Program-made: the position numbers and the translations under genes
Notes under the pieces: model-generated
Seen by the model: the letters and a program-made list of their open reading frames with translations, nothing else
Database searches by the model: none
Told to the model about the DNA's origin: nothing
Assembly (NCBI GenBank): GCA_038321865.1
Contig: JBBQFH010000013.1
Coordinates: 9,463 to 73,462 of the forward strand
Source of the DNA: Gemmatimonadales bacterium
Lineage (GTDB): Bacteria > Gemmatimonadota > Gemmatimonadetes > Gemmatimonadales > GWC2-71-9
DNA: 64,000 nt
Direction of reading: 5' to 3'
Shown here: positions 46,979 through 57,825 of the stretch, one piece after another
How positions within the stretch are numbered: the stretch's first letter is position 1
How the letters are laid out: each line of letters opens with the position of its first letter

Positions 46979-48172
46979 ATGCTTAGACACCTCAATTGGT
47001 CCGCAGCGTTGCTCCTCGTGGTGCTCCTGCCGGTGCGCCCCGTCCTGGCGCAGAAGCCCGCCGCGTTCGACCGCGAGTGGGCCGGTATCCGATCCGCCTT
47101 CGACTCCTCCCTCCGCCAACAGGGCGTCGCCGGAGGGAGTCTCTGGTTCGTGCAGGGTGACGCCGTGCTCGGCCGCGCCGAATACGGCCTCGCCGACGTC
47201 GCCAGCGGCCGGCCGGTCACCGACAGCACGATCTTTCACTGGGCGTCGATCACCAAGACCTTCACCGCCATCGCCATCATGCAGCTGCGCGATCGCGGGC
47301 TGCTCACGCTGGACGACCCGGTCGTGAAGTACGTGCCCGAGCTTCGCGAAGTGCACGACTCCTTCGGCGATATCAGCCGGATCACCATCAGTCAGCTGAT
47401 GAGTCACTCCGCCGGCTTCCGGAACGGGACCTGGCCCTGGGGCGGGAGGCCGTGGCAGCCGTTCGAGCCGACCCGGTGGGCGCAGCTGGTCGCGATGATG
47501 CCGTACACCGAGATCCTCTTCGCGCCCGGCTCCCGTTACGGCTACTCCAATCCCGGCATCATCTATCTCGGCCGCATCATCGAACGGCTCAGCGGCGAGG
47601 ACTACGAGGTCTACGTCGACAAGAACATCCTCAAGCCGCTCGGCATGTACCGCAGCTACTTCGACATCACGCCGTATCATCTGTTGAAGGACCGCTCCAA
47701 CGGTTACGAGGTGTCGGGCGGGAAGCGCACGGCGGTGGGGCTCGACTTCGACACCGGCATCACCGTGTCCAATGGCGGCCTCAACTCGCCGCTCACCGAC
47801 ATGGCGAGGTACCTCGCCTTCCTGGCTGGCGCGCCGGGCCATCCGGAGTACGAGGGTGTACTCAAGCGCGGCTCGCTCGAGGCGATGTGGCGGCCGGTGC
47901 TCCCCACGGGCAGCACCGCCGAAGGTGATTCGGTGACCGGCGGATTCTTTTCGCTGCATGCGGAGGGCCGGCGCTACATCGGCAAGACCGGCAGCCAGGC
48001 CGGCTACCGTTCCTTCTTCTACGTCCAGCCGGAGACGCACACCGCCGCGATCGGGGTGACCAACACCTCGGGCGATGGTGACCGGGGGACCGGTCCCGAC
48101 GCCGATGCGTCATGGCTCCTGGTCGACGTCCGCGACCGGCTGATGCGCCGGGTCTTCCCGCTCTTCAAGTAA
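46979..48172 (+). CDS. Serine hydrolase, beta-lactamase (class C-like) family
   Basis: Signal peptide; WASITK (SxxK), LMSHSAG, YSN, KTG. Confidence 0.9.
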   Translation: MLRHLNWSAALLLVVLLPVRPVLAQKPAAFDREWAGIRSAFDSSLRQQGVAGGSLWFVQGDAVLGRAEYGLADVASGRPVTDSTIFHWASITKTFTAIAIMQLRDRGLLTLDDPVVKYVPELREVHDSFGDISRITISQLMSHSAGFRNGTWPWGGRPWQPFEPTRWAQLVAMMPYTEILFAPGSRYGYSNPGIIYLGRIIERLSGEDYEVYVDKNILKPLGMYRSYFDITPYHLLKDRSNGYEVSGGKRTAVGLDFDTGITVSNGGLNSPLTDMARYLAFLAGAPGHPEYEGVLKRGSLEAMWRPVLPTGSTAEGDSVTGGFFSLHAEGRRYIGKTGSQAGYRSFFYVQPETHTAAIGVTNTSGDGDRGTGPDADASWLLVDVRDRLMRRVFPLFK

Positions 48173-48176
48173 CCTG

Positions 48177-49031
48177 ATGACGCTCGATCTCGACCGGCTC
48201 GCGGCACGCCTTCCGCCGCGGCCGGTGACGCGCTTTGCGCCGAGTCCCACCGGCTATCTCCATCTGGGCCACGTCGTGAACGCGGTATGGGTGTGGGGAC
48301 TCGCGCGCGCGCTGGGCGGCCGCGTGGTGCTCCGGATCGAGGATCACGACGGGTCCCGCTGCCGGCCGGAATACGAGCGCGCGCTGCTGGAAGATCTCGA
48401 GTGGCTCGGGCTGGTGCCGGACGTCATCGCGCCGAGGCAGAGCGATTCCGGTCCGGCCTACGAGGCGGCGCTTGCGCGGCTCGCGGCCGGGCACCACGTC
48501 TACGCCTGCGACTGCTCGCGGAGGACGATCGCCGAGGAGGTGGACGATCTGTTCGGGGAGGAGATGCGCTATCCCGGCCGCTGCCGGGACCGGGCACTCG
48601 CCGCGGGTCCGGGGAAGGGAATGCGCGTCGAGCTGACCCCGGGCAGCGAGTCGTTCGACGATGCCCGGCTCGGTCCGCAACGGCAGGAGCCTGCCGCGCA
48701 GTGCGGCGATCTCCTGCTTCGCGACCGGCTGGGCCACTGGACCTATCAATACGCCGTCACCGTCGACGACATGCGCGACGGCATCGATCTCGTCGTCCGC
48801 GGCGAGGACCTGCTGCAGTCCACCGGCCGGCAGATCCGGCTCGCCCGCATGCTGGGCCGCGCCGAGCCGCCGGTGTTCCTGCACCATCCGCTGATTCTGA
48901 AGCCGGGCGGCGAGAAGCTCAGCAAGGCGGCCGGCGACACCGGCGTCCGGGAGCTGCGGAACGCGGGCGTGTCGCCGGCCGACGTGCTGGCCGATGCGCG
49001 CTGGCGGAGCGGGGCTACCTTCCCCGCATGA
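48177..49031 (+). CDS. gluQ: Glutamyl-Q tRNA(Asp) synthetase-like (GluRS catalytic domain only)
   Basis: RFAPSPTGYLHLG, LRIED, YACDCSR...YPGRC, VVRGEDL, KLSK; no anticodon-binding domain. Confidence 0.82.
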   Translation: MTLDLDRLAARLPPRPVTRFAPSPTGYLHLGHVVNAVWVWGLARALGGRVVLRIEDHDGSRCRPEYERALLEDLEWLGLVPDVIAPRQSDSGPAYEAALARLAAGHHVYACDCSRRTIAEEVDDLFGEEMRYPGRCRDRALAAGPGKGMRVELTPGSESFDDARLGPQRQEPAAQCGDLLLRDRLGHWTYQYAVTVDDMRDGIDLVVRGEDLLQSTGRQIRLARMLGRAEPPVFLHHPLILKPGGEKLSKAAGDTGVRELRNAGVSPADVLADARWRSGATFPA

Positions 49032-50862
49032 TCCCGTTTCGCACCCGCACCGCCCGCGGCGTCGCGTTGGGATCGAATGCGATGCTCGTGGCGTTGTTCG
49101 GTACCGTGACGACCTTGGCGGCGAGCGTCACGTTGGTGCCGCCTCGGCGCACCACGATCGGCAAGTCGGCGCCCTCGCGCGTGTTGTACTGCGCCCGGAA
49201 CTGATCGGCCCAGTTGTTGTCCCGCACCGGCACCGCACCCACCGACACCAGATAGTCGCCCGCGCGGACACCGGCCCGATCGGCCGCGCCGCCCGGCACC
49301 GTGCCAACCACCCGGACACCGGTACTGTCGGTGTTGGCGTTGACGCCCACCCGGGCGACGCGCGAGCTGTCCGTCACCAGCCTGAGCCCGGCCAGCGGCA
49401 GCACGCTCGCCCACGGGTAGGGGTCTCGGCCGTTCACGTAGTGCGCCGCGAAATCGTCGAACGGCTTCCCGCCCGCCGCCTGCCGTACCGCGCTCCACCA
49501 CTCCGCGCCGGTAAAGCCCTCGCCGTGCTTGTAGGTGCTCAGGTAGAGATTCCGCATCACCGCGTCGAGCGAGCGCTGGTTGTCGCTCGCGTCGCGGATG
49601 ATGATGTCGAGCATGAAGCCCGCGAGCGCCCCCTTCGGATAATAGAGGTACCCGCTGCCGTCCTTCGGATGAATCCAGGTCGAGAGCGACGCGTCCTCCA
49701 GGGCGGTGGGCGGCGCATTGATCACCGCGCCGATGTTGCCGTTCATCTGGCCGGCAAAGGCCGCCGAGTCGTACACGCCGGCGCGGGCGAGCGCCACCGA
49801 CGCGTAATAGTCGGTGATTCCCTCACTGACCCAGAGCCACGGCGTCGGCTGGGACGCCGAGTAGCGGTAGGGCACCATGTCGGCGGGGCGGAGCCGCTTC
49901 ACGTTCCAGGCGTGGAAGATCTCGTGCGCGGTGACCGAGGTGACGATGGTGTCGAGCCCCGGCTGGAGATACGGCGTGCCGTAGATGCCGAGATGCGACG
50001 CCTGGTGCTCCAGCGCGCTCGCGCTGCCGCCGTAGGATGAGTCGTACACGATCATCACGCTGTAGCTGTCCCACGGCGTCTCGCCGAGCACCGCCGACTC
50101 GGCGGGGATGATCCGGCTGACGCGCTTTTCCAGCGAGTCGCGGGCGGCGCCCTTGAGCGCGCCCATCGGATAGCTGGCGAAGCGGGTCCACTTGCCGCTG
50201 ATCTGCAGGCTGTCGACGTCCAGCCGGCCGATCACGAACGGCATGTCCACCATGTCGTGATAGTTCGACTCGCGATAGGTCCGCGGCGTCCCCGCCGGGT
50301 GCATGCTGGTCACCACCTGCCAGCCCGGCTCGGTCGTGATCGTGACGGTGGCGGGGAAGTCGAGACCCCGGCCTTCGGGATAGAGGAAGACGTTGGTGCC
50401 GTTGAACAGCGCGAAGTCGGGCCGGGTCCAGGCCATCGCGTTGTCGAGCGAGTCCGCGACGTAGCTGAACGCCACCGTCATCGACCGCGCGCCGTTCGGC
50501 TGGATCCGCCAGGTGTCGTAGTCGAGCTTGTCCCATTCGAGCGGCCGGGAGCCGTCGGTCGGGCTGAAGCCGACGACGTTCTTGGCGAAGTCGCTCACCT
50601 CGTAGGCGCCCGGCGTCCAGGCCGGGAGCGAGAGGAGCACCGGTCCGCTGCCGCTCAGGTCGAACGACATTGTGACCTTGAGCTGGCGGCTGGCCGCGGC
50701 GGCGCCGTCCACCGTGACGCCGTAGCGCACGTTCGCGATGGGAGCCGACTGGTTGGTGGACGGAAGCAGGGTGATCGCCGAGCGGCGGGGCTGCTGGGCG
50801 ATCACGGAAGGAACGGCGGCCGCGAAGGGCAGGGCCGCGGCGAATAACCGATGGAAACGCAT
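49015..50862 (-). CDS. M61 glycyl aminopeptidase with PDZ domain
   Basis: LPAWTPGAY, ALEH, AHEIFHAWNVKRLRP, LWVSEGITDYY, YYPKG; C-terminal PDZ. Confidence 0.92.
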   Translation of the reverse strand: MRFHRLFAAALPFAAAVPSVIAQQPRRSAITLLPSTNQSAPIANVRYGVTVDGAAAASRQLKVTMSFDLSGSGPVLLSLPAWTPGAYEVSDFAKNVVGFSPTDGSRPLEWDKLDYDTWRIQPNGARSMTVAFSYVADSLDNAMAWTRPDFALFNGTNVFLYPEGRGLDFPATVTITTEPGWQVVTSMHPAGTPRTYRESNYHDMVDMPFVIGRLDVDSLQISGKWTRFASYPMGALKGAARDSLEKRVSRIIPAESAVLGETPWDSYSVMIVYDSSYGGSASALEHQASHLGIYGTPYLQPGLDTIVTSVTAHEIFHAWNVKRLRPADMVPYRYSASQPTPWLWVSEGITDYYASVALARAGVYDSAAFAGQMNGNIGAVINAPPTALEDASLSTWIHPKDGSGYLYYPKGALAGFMLDIIIRDASDNQRSLDAVMRNLYLSTYKHGEGFTGAEWWSAVRQAAGGKPFDDFAAHYVNGRDPYPWASVLPLAGLRLVTDSSRVARVGVNANTDSTGVRVVGTVPGGAADRAGVRAGDYLVSVGAVPVRDNNWADQFRAQYNTREGADLPIVVRRGGTNVTLAAKVVTVPNNATSIAFDPNATPRAVRVRNGIMRGR

Positions 50863-50922
50863 GACTCGTCCTGGCTGGAGGTTCGACGAGTCCTGACGGG
50901 AACGCCCCCGAAAAAGTTTTGG

Positions 50923-52173
50923 TTAGGCCGGCTTCTCCGCCGTTGGGCGGAACTCCCCCTCCCACCGGGCCATCACCGCCGATGCCAGGCAGTTGCCCAC
51001 CAGGTTGATCGAGGTCCGCGCCATGTCCATGAAGGCGTCGACACCGAGGATCACGGCCACGCCCTCGAGCGGGAGGTGAAAGGTGACCAGGGTGCCGGAC
51101 AGGATCACCAGCGAGGCGCGCGGCACCGCCGCGACGCCTTTGCTCGTCAGCATCAGCGTGAGCATCATCAGCAGCTGGTCGCCCAGGCCGAGATGGATGC
51201 CGGCCGCCTGCGCCACGAAGATCGACGCGACACCTAGGTAGAGGGTCGAGCCGTCGAGATTGAAGGAGTAGCCGGTCGGGATGACGAAGGAGACGATTCG
51301 GCGCGGCACGCCGAACTTCTCCATGTTCTCCATCGCCAGCGGCAGCGCGGCCTCCGACGACGCCGTGGTGAAGGCGAGCAGCCACGGCTCCTTGACCCAC
51401 TGCCAGAATCCGCGAAGCGGGATCCGCGCCATCAGTGCGATGGGAATCAGCGTGACCACGATGAACACGATCAGCGCGAGGTAGAGCGTCCCCACCAGCT
51501 TGCCCAGGCTCCAGAGCACCTCGACGCCGTTCTTGCCGATCGTCCCGGCGATCGCGGCGAAGATGCCGATCGGCGCGAACTTCATCACGATCCCGGTGAA
51601 CTTGAACATCACCTCCGACAATCCCTCGCAGAAGCCGAGCATCGCCTCCTTGGGCCGCCCCTTCACCTGGGTCAGCGCGGCGGCGAACAGCACCGCGAAG
51701 AAGACGATCTGCAGCACCTCGTTGTTGGCGGCCGCCTCGAAGAAGCTCTGCGGCACGGTGTGCTCCAGCACGCCGCCCAGCGTGGTCGGCGCCCGCACCA
51801 GCTTCTCCGCCTCGCCGATCGGCGCGGACAGGACGACGCCCACGCCCGGCTTGAACAGGTTGACGGCGCCGAGCCCGATGAAGAGCGCGACCGTGGTGAC
51901 GACCTCGAAATAGATCAGCGACTTGAACGCCAGGCGGCCGACCCGCTTGAGGTCGTCACCGTGGCCGGCGATGCCGATCACCAGCGCGCCGAAGACCAGC
52001 GGCACGACGATCGACTTGATCATGCGGAGAAAGATCGTGGAGAGCGGCTTCAGCGCGGCGCCGACGTCGGTGTTGAGCCAGACGTCGTGATCCAGAAAGC
52101 CCACGAAGGCCCCGAGGATCGTCGCGATGACGATCCACCAGGTCAGCGAGATCCCGCGCAGAAACCGCCACAT
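50923..52173 (-). CDS. Dicarboxylate/amino acid:cation symporter (GltP/DctA family)
   Basis: FLRMIK, AFTTASSEAALP, IPTGYSFNLDGS, SKGVAAVPRAS, DMARTSIN. Confidence 0.93.
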   Translation of the reverse strand: MWRFLRGISLTWWIVIATILGAFVGFLDHDVWLNTDVGAALKPLSTIFLRMIKSIVVPLVFGALVIGIAGHGDDLKRVGRLAFKSLIYFEVVTTVALFIGLGAVNLFKPGVGVVLSAPIGEAEKLVRAPTTLGGVLEHTVPQSFFEAAANNEVLQIVFFAVLFAAALTQVKGRPKEAMLGFCEGLSEVMFKFTGIVMKFAPIGIFAAIAGTIGKNGVEVLWSLGKLVGTLYLALIVFIVVTLIPIALMARIPLRGFWQWVKEPWLLAFTTASSEAALPLAMENMEKFGVPRRIVSFVIPTGYSFNLDGSTLYLGVASIFVAQAAGIHLGLGDQLLMMLTLMLTSKGVAAVPRASLVILSGTLVTFHLPLEGVAVILGVDAFMDMARTSINLVGNCLASAVMARWEGEFRPTAEKPA

Positions 52174-53279
52174 CAGCGGGAGCCCGCCAGCTCGCCGGCC
52201 TTGGCGCCGACGCCCTTGAGCAGCGAGGCGTAGGCCACGCCGAACTTCTCCACCCCTTCGGTCTCCAGCTCCTCGGTCACCTTCGCAAGCGAGATGCCCG
52301 ATGCCGCCAGCGCCGCCAGCTGCGCCGGCGCCGCCGCGATCGCCTCCTGGATCCGGACTTCCGGCTTGCCGTGGTCGCGATAGGCCTCGAACGTCTCCGG
52401 CGGCATCGTGTTCACCGTGTCCGACGCGATCAGCGCCTCGACGTAGTAGACGTCGGGAAATTTCGGATCCTTGGTGCTCGTCGAGGCCCAGAGCGGGCGC
52501 TGCACCCGCGCGCCGCGCGCCGCCAGCTTCCGCCACCGCTCGCTCGCCACCGTTTCCTGGAACAGCTTGTACGCCATCGCGGCATTCGCGATCGCCGCCT
52601 TGCCACGCACGTTTTTGGGATCACCCATCGCGTCGAGCTGGGGATCGATCTTGGTGTCGACCCGGCTCACGAAGAAGCTGGCGACCGATGCCAGCCGGTC
52701 GATCGGGCGGTTGGCCTCGACCCGCCGCTCCAGCGCCCGCATGAACGCCTCGATGACCTGCGCGTAGCGCGCGACCGAGAAGAGCAGGGTGATGTTGATG
52801 TTGATCCCCGCGGCGAGACAGTGCTCGATCGCCGGCAGCCCCGCCAGCGTGCCGGGAATTTTGACCATCACGTTCGGCCGGTCCACCGCCCGCCACAGCC
52901 GCTCGGCCTCGGCGATCGTCCCCGCGGTGTCGTTTCCCAGGGTGGGAGAGACCTCGATCGAGACCAGGCCGTCGTTGCCGGCCGTCGCATCGTAGACCGG
53001 ACGGAACACATCGCAGGCCAGGCGCACGTCACCGACCGCGATCGCCTCGAAGATCGCGCCCGCGTCCTTGCCCTCGTCGGTGAGCCGGCGGACGGTGTCG
53101 TCGTACACGGCGGTGTTGGCCACCGCCTTCTCGAAGATCGACGGATTGGAGGTCATGCCGCGGAGCCCGTCGTCGGCGATCAGCCGGGCCAGCTTGCCCG
53201 AGGTGATCAGCTCCTGCGTGATATTGTCGAACCAGGGGCTCTGGCCCAGCTCGACCAGGCGCTTCAGTGGATTGCTCAT
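52173..53279 (-). CDS. tal: Transaldolase
   Basis: [59 protein letters not shown]. Confidence 0.96.
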   Translation of the reverse strand: MSNPLKRLVELGQSPWFDNITQELITSGKLARLIADDGLRGMTSNPSIFEKAVANTAVYDDTVRRLTDEGKDAGAIFEAIAVGDVRLACDVFRPVYDATAGNDGLVSIEVSPTLGNDTAGTIAEAERLWRAVDRPNVMVKIPGTLAGLPAIEHCLAAGININITLLFSVARYAQVIEAFMRALERRVEANRPIDRLASVASFFVSRVDTKIDPQLDAMGDPKNVRGKAAIANAAMAYKLFQETVASERWRKLAARGARVQRPLWASTSTKDPKFPDVYYVEALIASDTVNTMPPETFEAYRDHGKPEVRIQEAIAAAPAQLAALAASGISLAKVTEELETEGVEKFGVAYASLLKGVGAKAGELAGSR

Positions 53280-55315
53280 GGGGATTTCCTCTTCAGGAGG
53301 CGCCGCACCGCCGCCGCGGCGTCATCGGGACTCAGGCCGTATTCCTTATATAGCCGCTCCGCGGGGGCGGAGCCGCCGAAATGATCGAGACCCAGGCAGA
53401 TGCCGTCGTCCGTCACCCACTGGCGCCAGCCCATCGTCGCGGCCGCCTCGATGGAGACCCGGGCCCGGATCGCCGGCGGGAGGACCTCGTCGCGGTACGC
53501 CTGGGTCTGCCCCTCGAACAGGTCCCATGACGGCATCGACACCACGCGGGCGCGGATCCCTTCCTTCGCCAGCAGCTCGGACGCCGCCAGCGCGATGCTC
53601 ACCTCCGAGCCGGTGGCGATCAGGATCGCCTCGGCGCCGCCCTCCGGCTCGGAGAGGATGTACGCCCCGCGCCGGACGCCGTCAACCGCGCGTAGTTTCG
53701 TGTGATCGAGGATCGGCAGCTTCTGCCGCGTGAGCACCAGCATCGACGGACAGTTGGTGCGCTCGATGATCGTGCGCCATGCCTCGATCGTCTCGGTGGC
53801 GTCCGCCGGCCGGAAGAGCGCCAGGCCGGGAATGGCGCGCAGCATCGCGAGGTGCTCGATCGGCTGGTGGGTCGGACCGTCTTCGCCCAGTCCGATCGAA
53901 TCGTGGGTGCAGATATAGATGATGGGGAGCTTCATGATGGCGGCGAGACGGATCGCCGGCTTCATGTAGTCGCTGAACACGAAGAAGGTGCTGCCGAACG
54001 GACGGAGGCCGCCGTGCGCCGCGATGCCGTTAAGGCACGCGCCCATCCCGTGCTCCCGGATCCCCCAGTGGAACACGCGCCCGCTCTCCTCGGGGCCGAA
54101 GGTCCCGCCTTCCTTGAGGGTGACGCCGGTGCTGCCACCCAGGTCGGCCGACCCGCCGATCAGGTTGGGCAGCGACTTGGCCAGCGCGTCGAGCGCCTTG
54201 CCCGAGGCCTGCCGGGTGGCCAGCTGCGGCTGGTCGGGGGTGAACATCGGCAGCCCCTTGTCCCACCCCGCCGGCAGCTCACCCGACATGAACCGCCGGT
54301 ACTCGGCGGCCAGGTCGGGAAAGGCCTCGGCGTAGCGCGCGAAGAGCGCATCCCATTCCTTCTCCATCGCGGCGCCGCGCGGCACCGCCTCCCGCCAGTG
54401 CGCCAGCGCCTCCGGCGGCACGAAGAACGCCGGCTCTTCCGGCCAGCCCATGATCCCCTTGGTCCGCCGGATCTCGTCGACGCCGAGCGGCGAGCCGTGG
54501 GCCTCGGAGCTGTCCTTCTTGGTGGGCGCCGGATCGCCGATGACGGTGCGGAGCACGATCAGCGACGGCCGGCCGGTTTCCGCCTTCGCCGCGTTCAGCG
54601 CCGCGGCGATCGCGTCGAGGTCGTTGCCGCTGGCGACGTGCTGCACGTGCCAGCCGTATGCCTCGTAGCGCTTGCCGACGTCCTCGCTGAACGAGAGGCT
54701 GGTGTTGCCGTCGATGGTGATGTGGTTGTCGTCGTAGATGAGGCAGAGGTTGCCGAGCCGGAGATGTCCGGCGATGGACGAGGCCTCGCTCGACACCCCT
54801 TCCATCATGTCGCCGTCGCTGGCGATGGCCCAGACGAGATGGTTGACCACCTCGAAGCCCGGGCGGTTGAACCGGGTCGCGAGGAACCGCTCGGCGATCG
54901 CCATGCCGACGGCATTGCCCACCCCCTGGCCCAGCGGGCCGGTGGTGGTCTCGACGCCCGGCGTGTGCAGGCGCTCGGGATGGCCCGGCGTCTTCGAGCT
55001 CCACTGGCGGAACTGCCTGATGTCGTCGAGCGAGAGGTCGAAGCCGGTGAGATGGAGGAGCGAATAGAGCAGCATCGAGGCGTGGCCGCAGGACAGCACG
55101 AAGCGGTCGCGGTCGTCCCAGTGCGGATTGCGCGGATTGTAGCGCAGCAGATGATGCCACAGCACGTAGGCCATCGGCGCCAGCGACATCGGCGTCCCCG
55201 GATGGCCCGAATCGGCCGCCTGCACGGCGTCCATGGCGAGGGCGCGAATCGTGTTGATGCTGCGCCAGGCGAGTGCGCCGTCGTCGGGGGTGGCGCTGGT
55301 GGGTTTGGCCGTCAG
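53276..55315 (-). CDS. tkt: Transketolase (probable CTG start at 55315; alternative GTG 55387)
   Basis: [57 protein letters not shown]. Confidence 0.96.
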   Translation of the reverse strand: MTAKPTSATPDDGALAWRSINTIRALAMDAVQAADSGHPGTPMSLAPMAYVLWHHLLRYNPRNPHWDDRDRFVLSCGHASMLLYSLLHLTGFDLSLDDIRQFRQWSSKTPGHPERLHTPGVETTTGPLGQGVGNAVGMAIAERFLATRFNRPGFEVVNHLVWAIASDGDMMEGVSSEASSIAGHLRLGNLCLIYDDNHITIDGNTSLSFSEDVGKRYEAYGWHVQHVASGNDLDAIAAALNAAKAETGRPSLIVLRTVIGDPAPTKKDSSEAHGSPLGVDEIRRTKGIMGWPEEPAFFVPPEALAHWREAVPRGAAMEKEWDALFARYAEAFPDLAAEYRRFMSGELPAGWDKGLPMFTPDQPQLATRQASGKALDALAKSLPNLIGGSADLGGSTGVTLKEGGTFGPEESGRVFHWGIREHGMGACLNGIAAHGGLRPFGSTFFVFSDYMKPAIRLAAIMKLPIIYICTHDSIGLGEDGPTHQPIEHLAMLRAIPGLALFRPADATETIEAWRTIIERTNCPSMLVLTRQKLPILDHTKLRAVDGVRRGAYILSEPEGGAEAILIATGSEVSIALAASELLAKEGIRARVVSMPSWDLFEGQTQAYRDEVLPPAIRARVSIEAAATMGWRQWVTDDGICLGLDHFGGSAPAERLYKEYGLSPDDAAAAVRRLLKRKSP

Positions 55316-55418
55316 GGAATGACTCCTTGCACGCGTGGAACTGGAAGATAATTCCCCGAGAACATCTGCGCGGTGCCGGTGTATCACCCGCTACGTCCAT
55401 GCTTCGGCGCTCCAACCT

Positions 55419-55454
55419 TTGACACCATAACCGGCGGTCCGTATCCTGTGCCCG
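55419..55454 (+). promoter_or_regulatory. Sigma70-type, probably leaderless promoter of the carH-crt operon
   Basis: TTGACA(55419-24)-N17-TATCCT(55442-47)-N6-GTG(55454). Confidence 0.6.
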
Positions 55455-56311
55455 TGACCCAGCCCGACCGCACATACGAAATTCACGAGGTGGCCGAGCT
55501 GACCGGACTGGCCACGGCGCGCCTCCGCGCGTGGGAGCGGCGGTACGCCGTGGTGCGGCCGGAGCGCCAGGCCAACGGGTACCGGTCCTACTCCGCCCAG
55601 CAGGTGGCGCTGCTCCGGTCGTATGCCCGGCTGATCGCCGACGGCGAGCGGATCGGCGAGCTGGTCGAGCGCCCGGTGGAGGAAGTGATCGCGCGCGCCG
55701 AAGGCCGGAGCCTCGACGCCTCGCCGTACGGCGCGCTGCTGGACGCCGTCAAGTCGCTCGACCGGGACCGGCTCGAGGCGCTCGTCGCCCAGCAGCTGAC
55801 GCTGCTCGGCCTCCGCCAGTTCGCCGAGGATGTCGCCATGCCGTTCGCCCGAACGATCGGCGACCTGTGGGCGCTCAACAAGCTGCCGGTTGCGGCCGAG
55901 CATCTGGCGAGCGAGGTCGTGGTGCAGGCGCTCAAGGCCGGGCTCCGGTCGAGCCGCGGCGCCGGCCCCCTCACGGTGGCGGCGTGCCTTCCCGGCGAGC
56001 GGCACGAATGGGGAATCCTTTCCGCCCTCACCATCGCACAGGAGCTCGGGTGGCGGATCCACTACCTGGGTCCCGATCTGCCGTTGCAGGAGGCGGTGGA
56101 GGCGACATGGCGCCTCCGGCCCAGCGTCGTGGCACTCAGCGCCAGCAATCCGCATGTCGTGGTGTCCTCCTTCGGTCAGCTCGCCGCACTGCCCGGGATG
56201 CTTCCTCCCAACGTCATCCCGGCGATCGGCGGCTCGGGGGTCGAACCCCACACCCGCCTCCTCCGCGCCGCCGGTTTCCGGCTCGGCGCCGAAGCGTTCA
56301 CGTCCCCATGA
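55454..56311 (+). CDS. CarH/LitR-type MerR regulator with cobalamin-binding domain
   Basis: MerR HTH (LRAWERRY..VRPER..NGYRSY), W-x9-EH (WALNKLPVAAEH), GERHEWG, YLGPDLP. Confidence 0.88.
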   Translation: MTQPDRTYEIHEVAELTGLATARLRAWERRYAVVRPERQANGYRSYSAQQVALLRSYARLIADGERIGELVERPVEEVIARAEGRSLDASPYGALLDAVKSLDRDRLEALVAQQLTLLGLRQFAEDVAMPFARTIGDLWALNKLPVAAEHLASEVVVQALKAGLRSSRGAGPLTVAACLPGERHEWGILSALTIAQELGWRIHYLGPDLPLQEAVEATWRLRPSVVALSASNPHVVVSSFGQLAALPGMLPPNVIPAIGGSGVEPHTRLLRAAGFRLGAEAFTSP

Positions 56312-57825
56312 CCGCCACGCTTTCCCGACCCGCCGCCACCGGCGCCGGCTCACGCAGCGTCATCGTCGTCGGCGCCGGGCTCGGCGGGCTCTCCGCCGCG
56401 GTCCGCCTTCGCGCCCGCGGTTTCGATGTGACGGTGCTCGAGCGCCATGCGGTGCCGGGCGGCCGCTGCGGGCTGTGGGAGTCCGACGGGTTCCGCTTCG
56501 ACACCGGGCCGACGTTGCTCCTGATGGTGGACTACCTCCGCGCGCTTTTCGCCGACGCGGGCCGCCGGCTGGAGGACTACCTCGAGCTGGTCCAGCTCGA
56601 GCCCAATTACCGGATCTATTACGCCGACGGCTCGACACTCGACGTGAGCAGCCGGCTCAACGTCATGCTCGAGGGAATCGAGCGGATCGAGCCGGGCGCG
56701 GGCCCGCGCTTCCTCCGCTTCCTGGCCGACACTGCGAAGCTGTACCGCACCGGACTCGCCTTCGTCGATCGCAACGTCCACCGCCGCCGCGACTTCTTCA
56801 AGCTGGGCGACATGAGCCTCCTCGCCGGCAGCGGCGCGCTGGGGCGCCTGCGGAAGCTGGTGTCGAAGTACTTCGCCGACGAGCGGCTGCGCGATGCCTT
56901 CAGCTTCCAGTCGCTCTACCTCGGCCTCTCCCCCTTCGAGTCGATGGCGATCTACAGCCTCCTGCCGTTCACCGAGGTGGCGGGCGGGCTCTTCTTCCCG
57001 ATGGGCGGGATGCACGCGATGCCGGCCGCCATCGCGCGGCTGGCGGAGGAGATGGGGGTCCGGTTCGAATACGACACCAACGTCGCCTCGCTCGAGCGCG
57101 ACGGTGGCCGAATCTCCGCCGTCGTGCTCGACGACGGGAGCCGCCGCGCCGCCGACATCGTCCTCGTCAATGCCGATCTGCCCTACGCCTATGAGACCCT
57201 CCTCGGCGAGCCCCTCCCTCGCGCCGACAAGCTGGCGTACAGCTGCTCCGCGTTCCTCATGTACCTCGGCGTGGACCGCGAGTATTCCGGGCTTCCCCAT
57301 CACAACCTCGTGGTGCCAGGCGACCTGGCCACCTGCTGCGCCGACATCTTCACCAATCATCGCGTGCCGGCCGAGCCCGCGTTCTACATCTGCAATCCGA
57401 ACAAGACCGACCCGTCGCTCGCGCCGGCGGGTTCGGAGAACATCTACGTACTGGTCCCCGTGCCGAGCCAGGACCCGGCGCACCCGATCGACTGGCGCGT
57501 CGAAGGGCCCCGGCTCGAAGCGGAAATGCTGGAGCGGCTCGAGCGGTTCGGCCTGACCGATCTGCGGCGCCACATCGTCACCCGCCGCGTCTTCACGCCG
57601 GACGACTTCCGCGACCAGTTCTCCGCCACCCGCTCCGAGGCGTTCGGCCTGGCGCACGGTCTCGACCAGGTCGGCTATTTCCGCCCGCACAACCGTCACG
57701 CGACCTATGAGAATCTCTTTTTCGTCGGACAGAGCACGCACCCCGGCTGCGGCATCCCCATGGCGATGATCTCGTCGCGCTGCGTGGCCGAGCGGATCGC
57801 GCAGGAACAGGCGGTGACGCGATGA
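56308..57825 (+). CDS. crtI: Phytoene desaturase family (CrtI/CrtN)
   Basis: VVGAGLGGL, GGR, FRFDTGPT, FPMGGM, FVGQSTHPGCGIP; ATGA overlap with the regulator. Confidence 0.88.
   Translation: MTATLSRPAATGAGSRSVIVVGAGLGGLSAAVRLRARGFDVTVLERHAVPGGRCGLWESDGFRFDTGPTLLLMVDYLRALFADAGRRLEDYLELVQLEPNYRIYYADGSTLDVSSRLNVMLEGIERIEPGAGPRFLRFLADTAKLYRTGLAFVDRNVHRRRDFFKLGDMSLLAGSGALGRLRKLVSKYFADERLRDAFSFQSLYLGLSPFESMAIYSLLPFTEVAGGLFFPMGGMHAMPAAIARLAEEMGVRFEYDTNVASLERDGGRISAVVLDDGSRRAADIVLVNADLPYAYETLLGEPLPRADKLAYSCSAFLMYLGVDREYSGLPHHNLVVPGDLATCCADIFTNHRVPAEPAFYICNPNKTDPSLAPAGSENIYVLVPVPSQDPAHPIDWRVEGPRLEAEMLERLERFGLTDLRRHIVTRRVFTPDDFRDQFSATRSEAFGLAHGLDQVGYFRPHNRHATYENLFFVGQSTHPGCGIPMAMISSRCVAERIAQEQAVTR

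Noticed and set aside
46979..48172. Antibiotic-resistance beta-lactamase
   Set aside because: SxxK/YxN motifs are shared by many esterases and peptidases; nothing specific supports beta-lactamase activity.
55385..55450. CarH operator of tandem 11-bp TnnACA repeats
   Set aside because: Only one TTGACA is visible; no convincing 11-bp periodic repeats.
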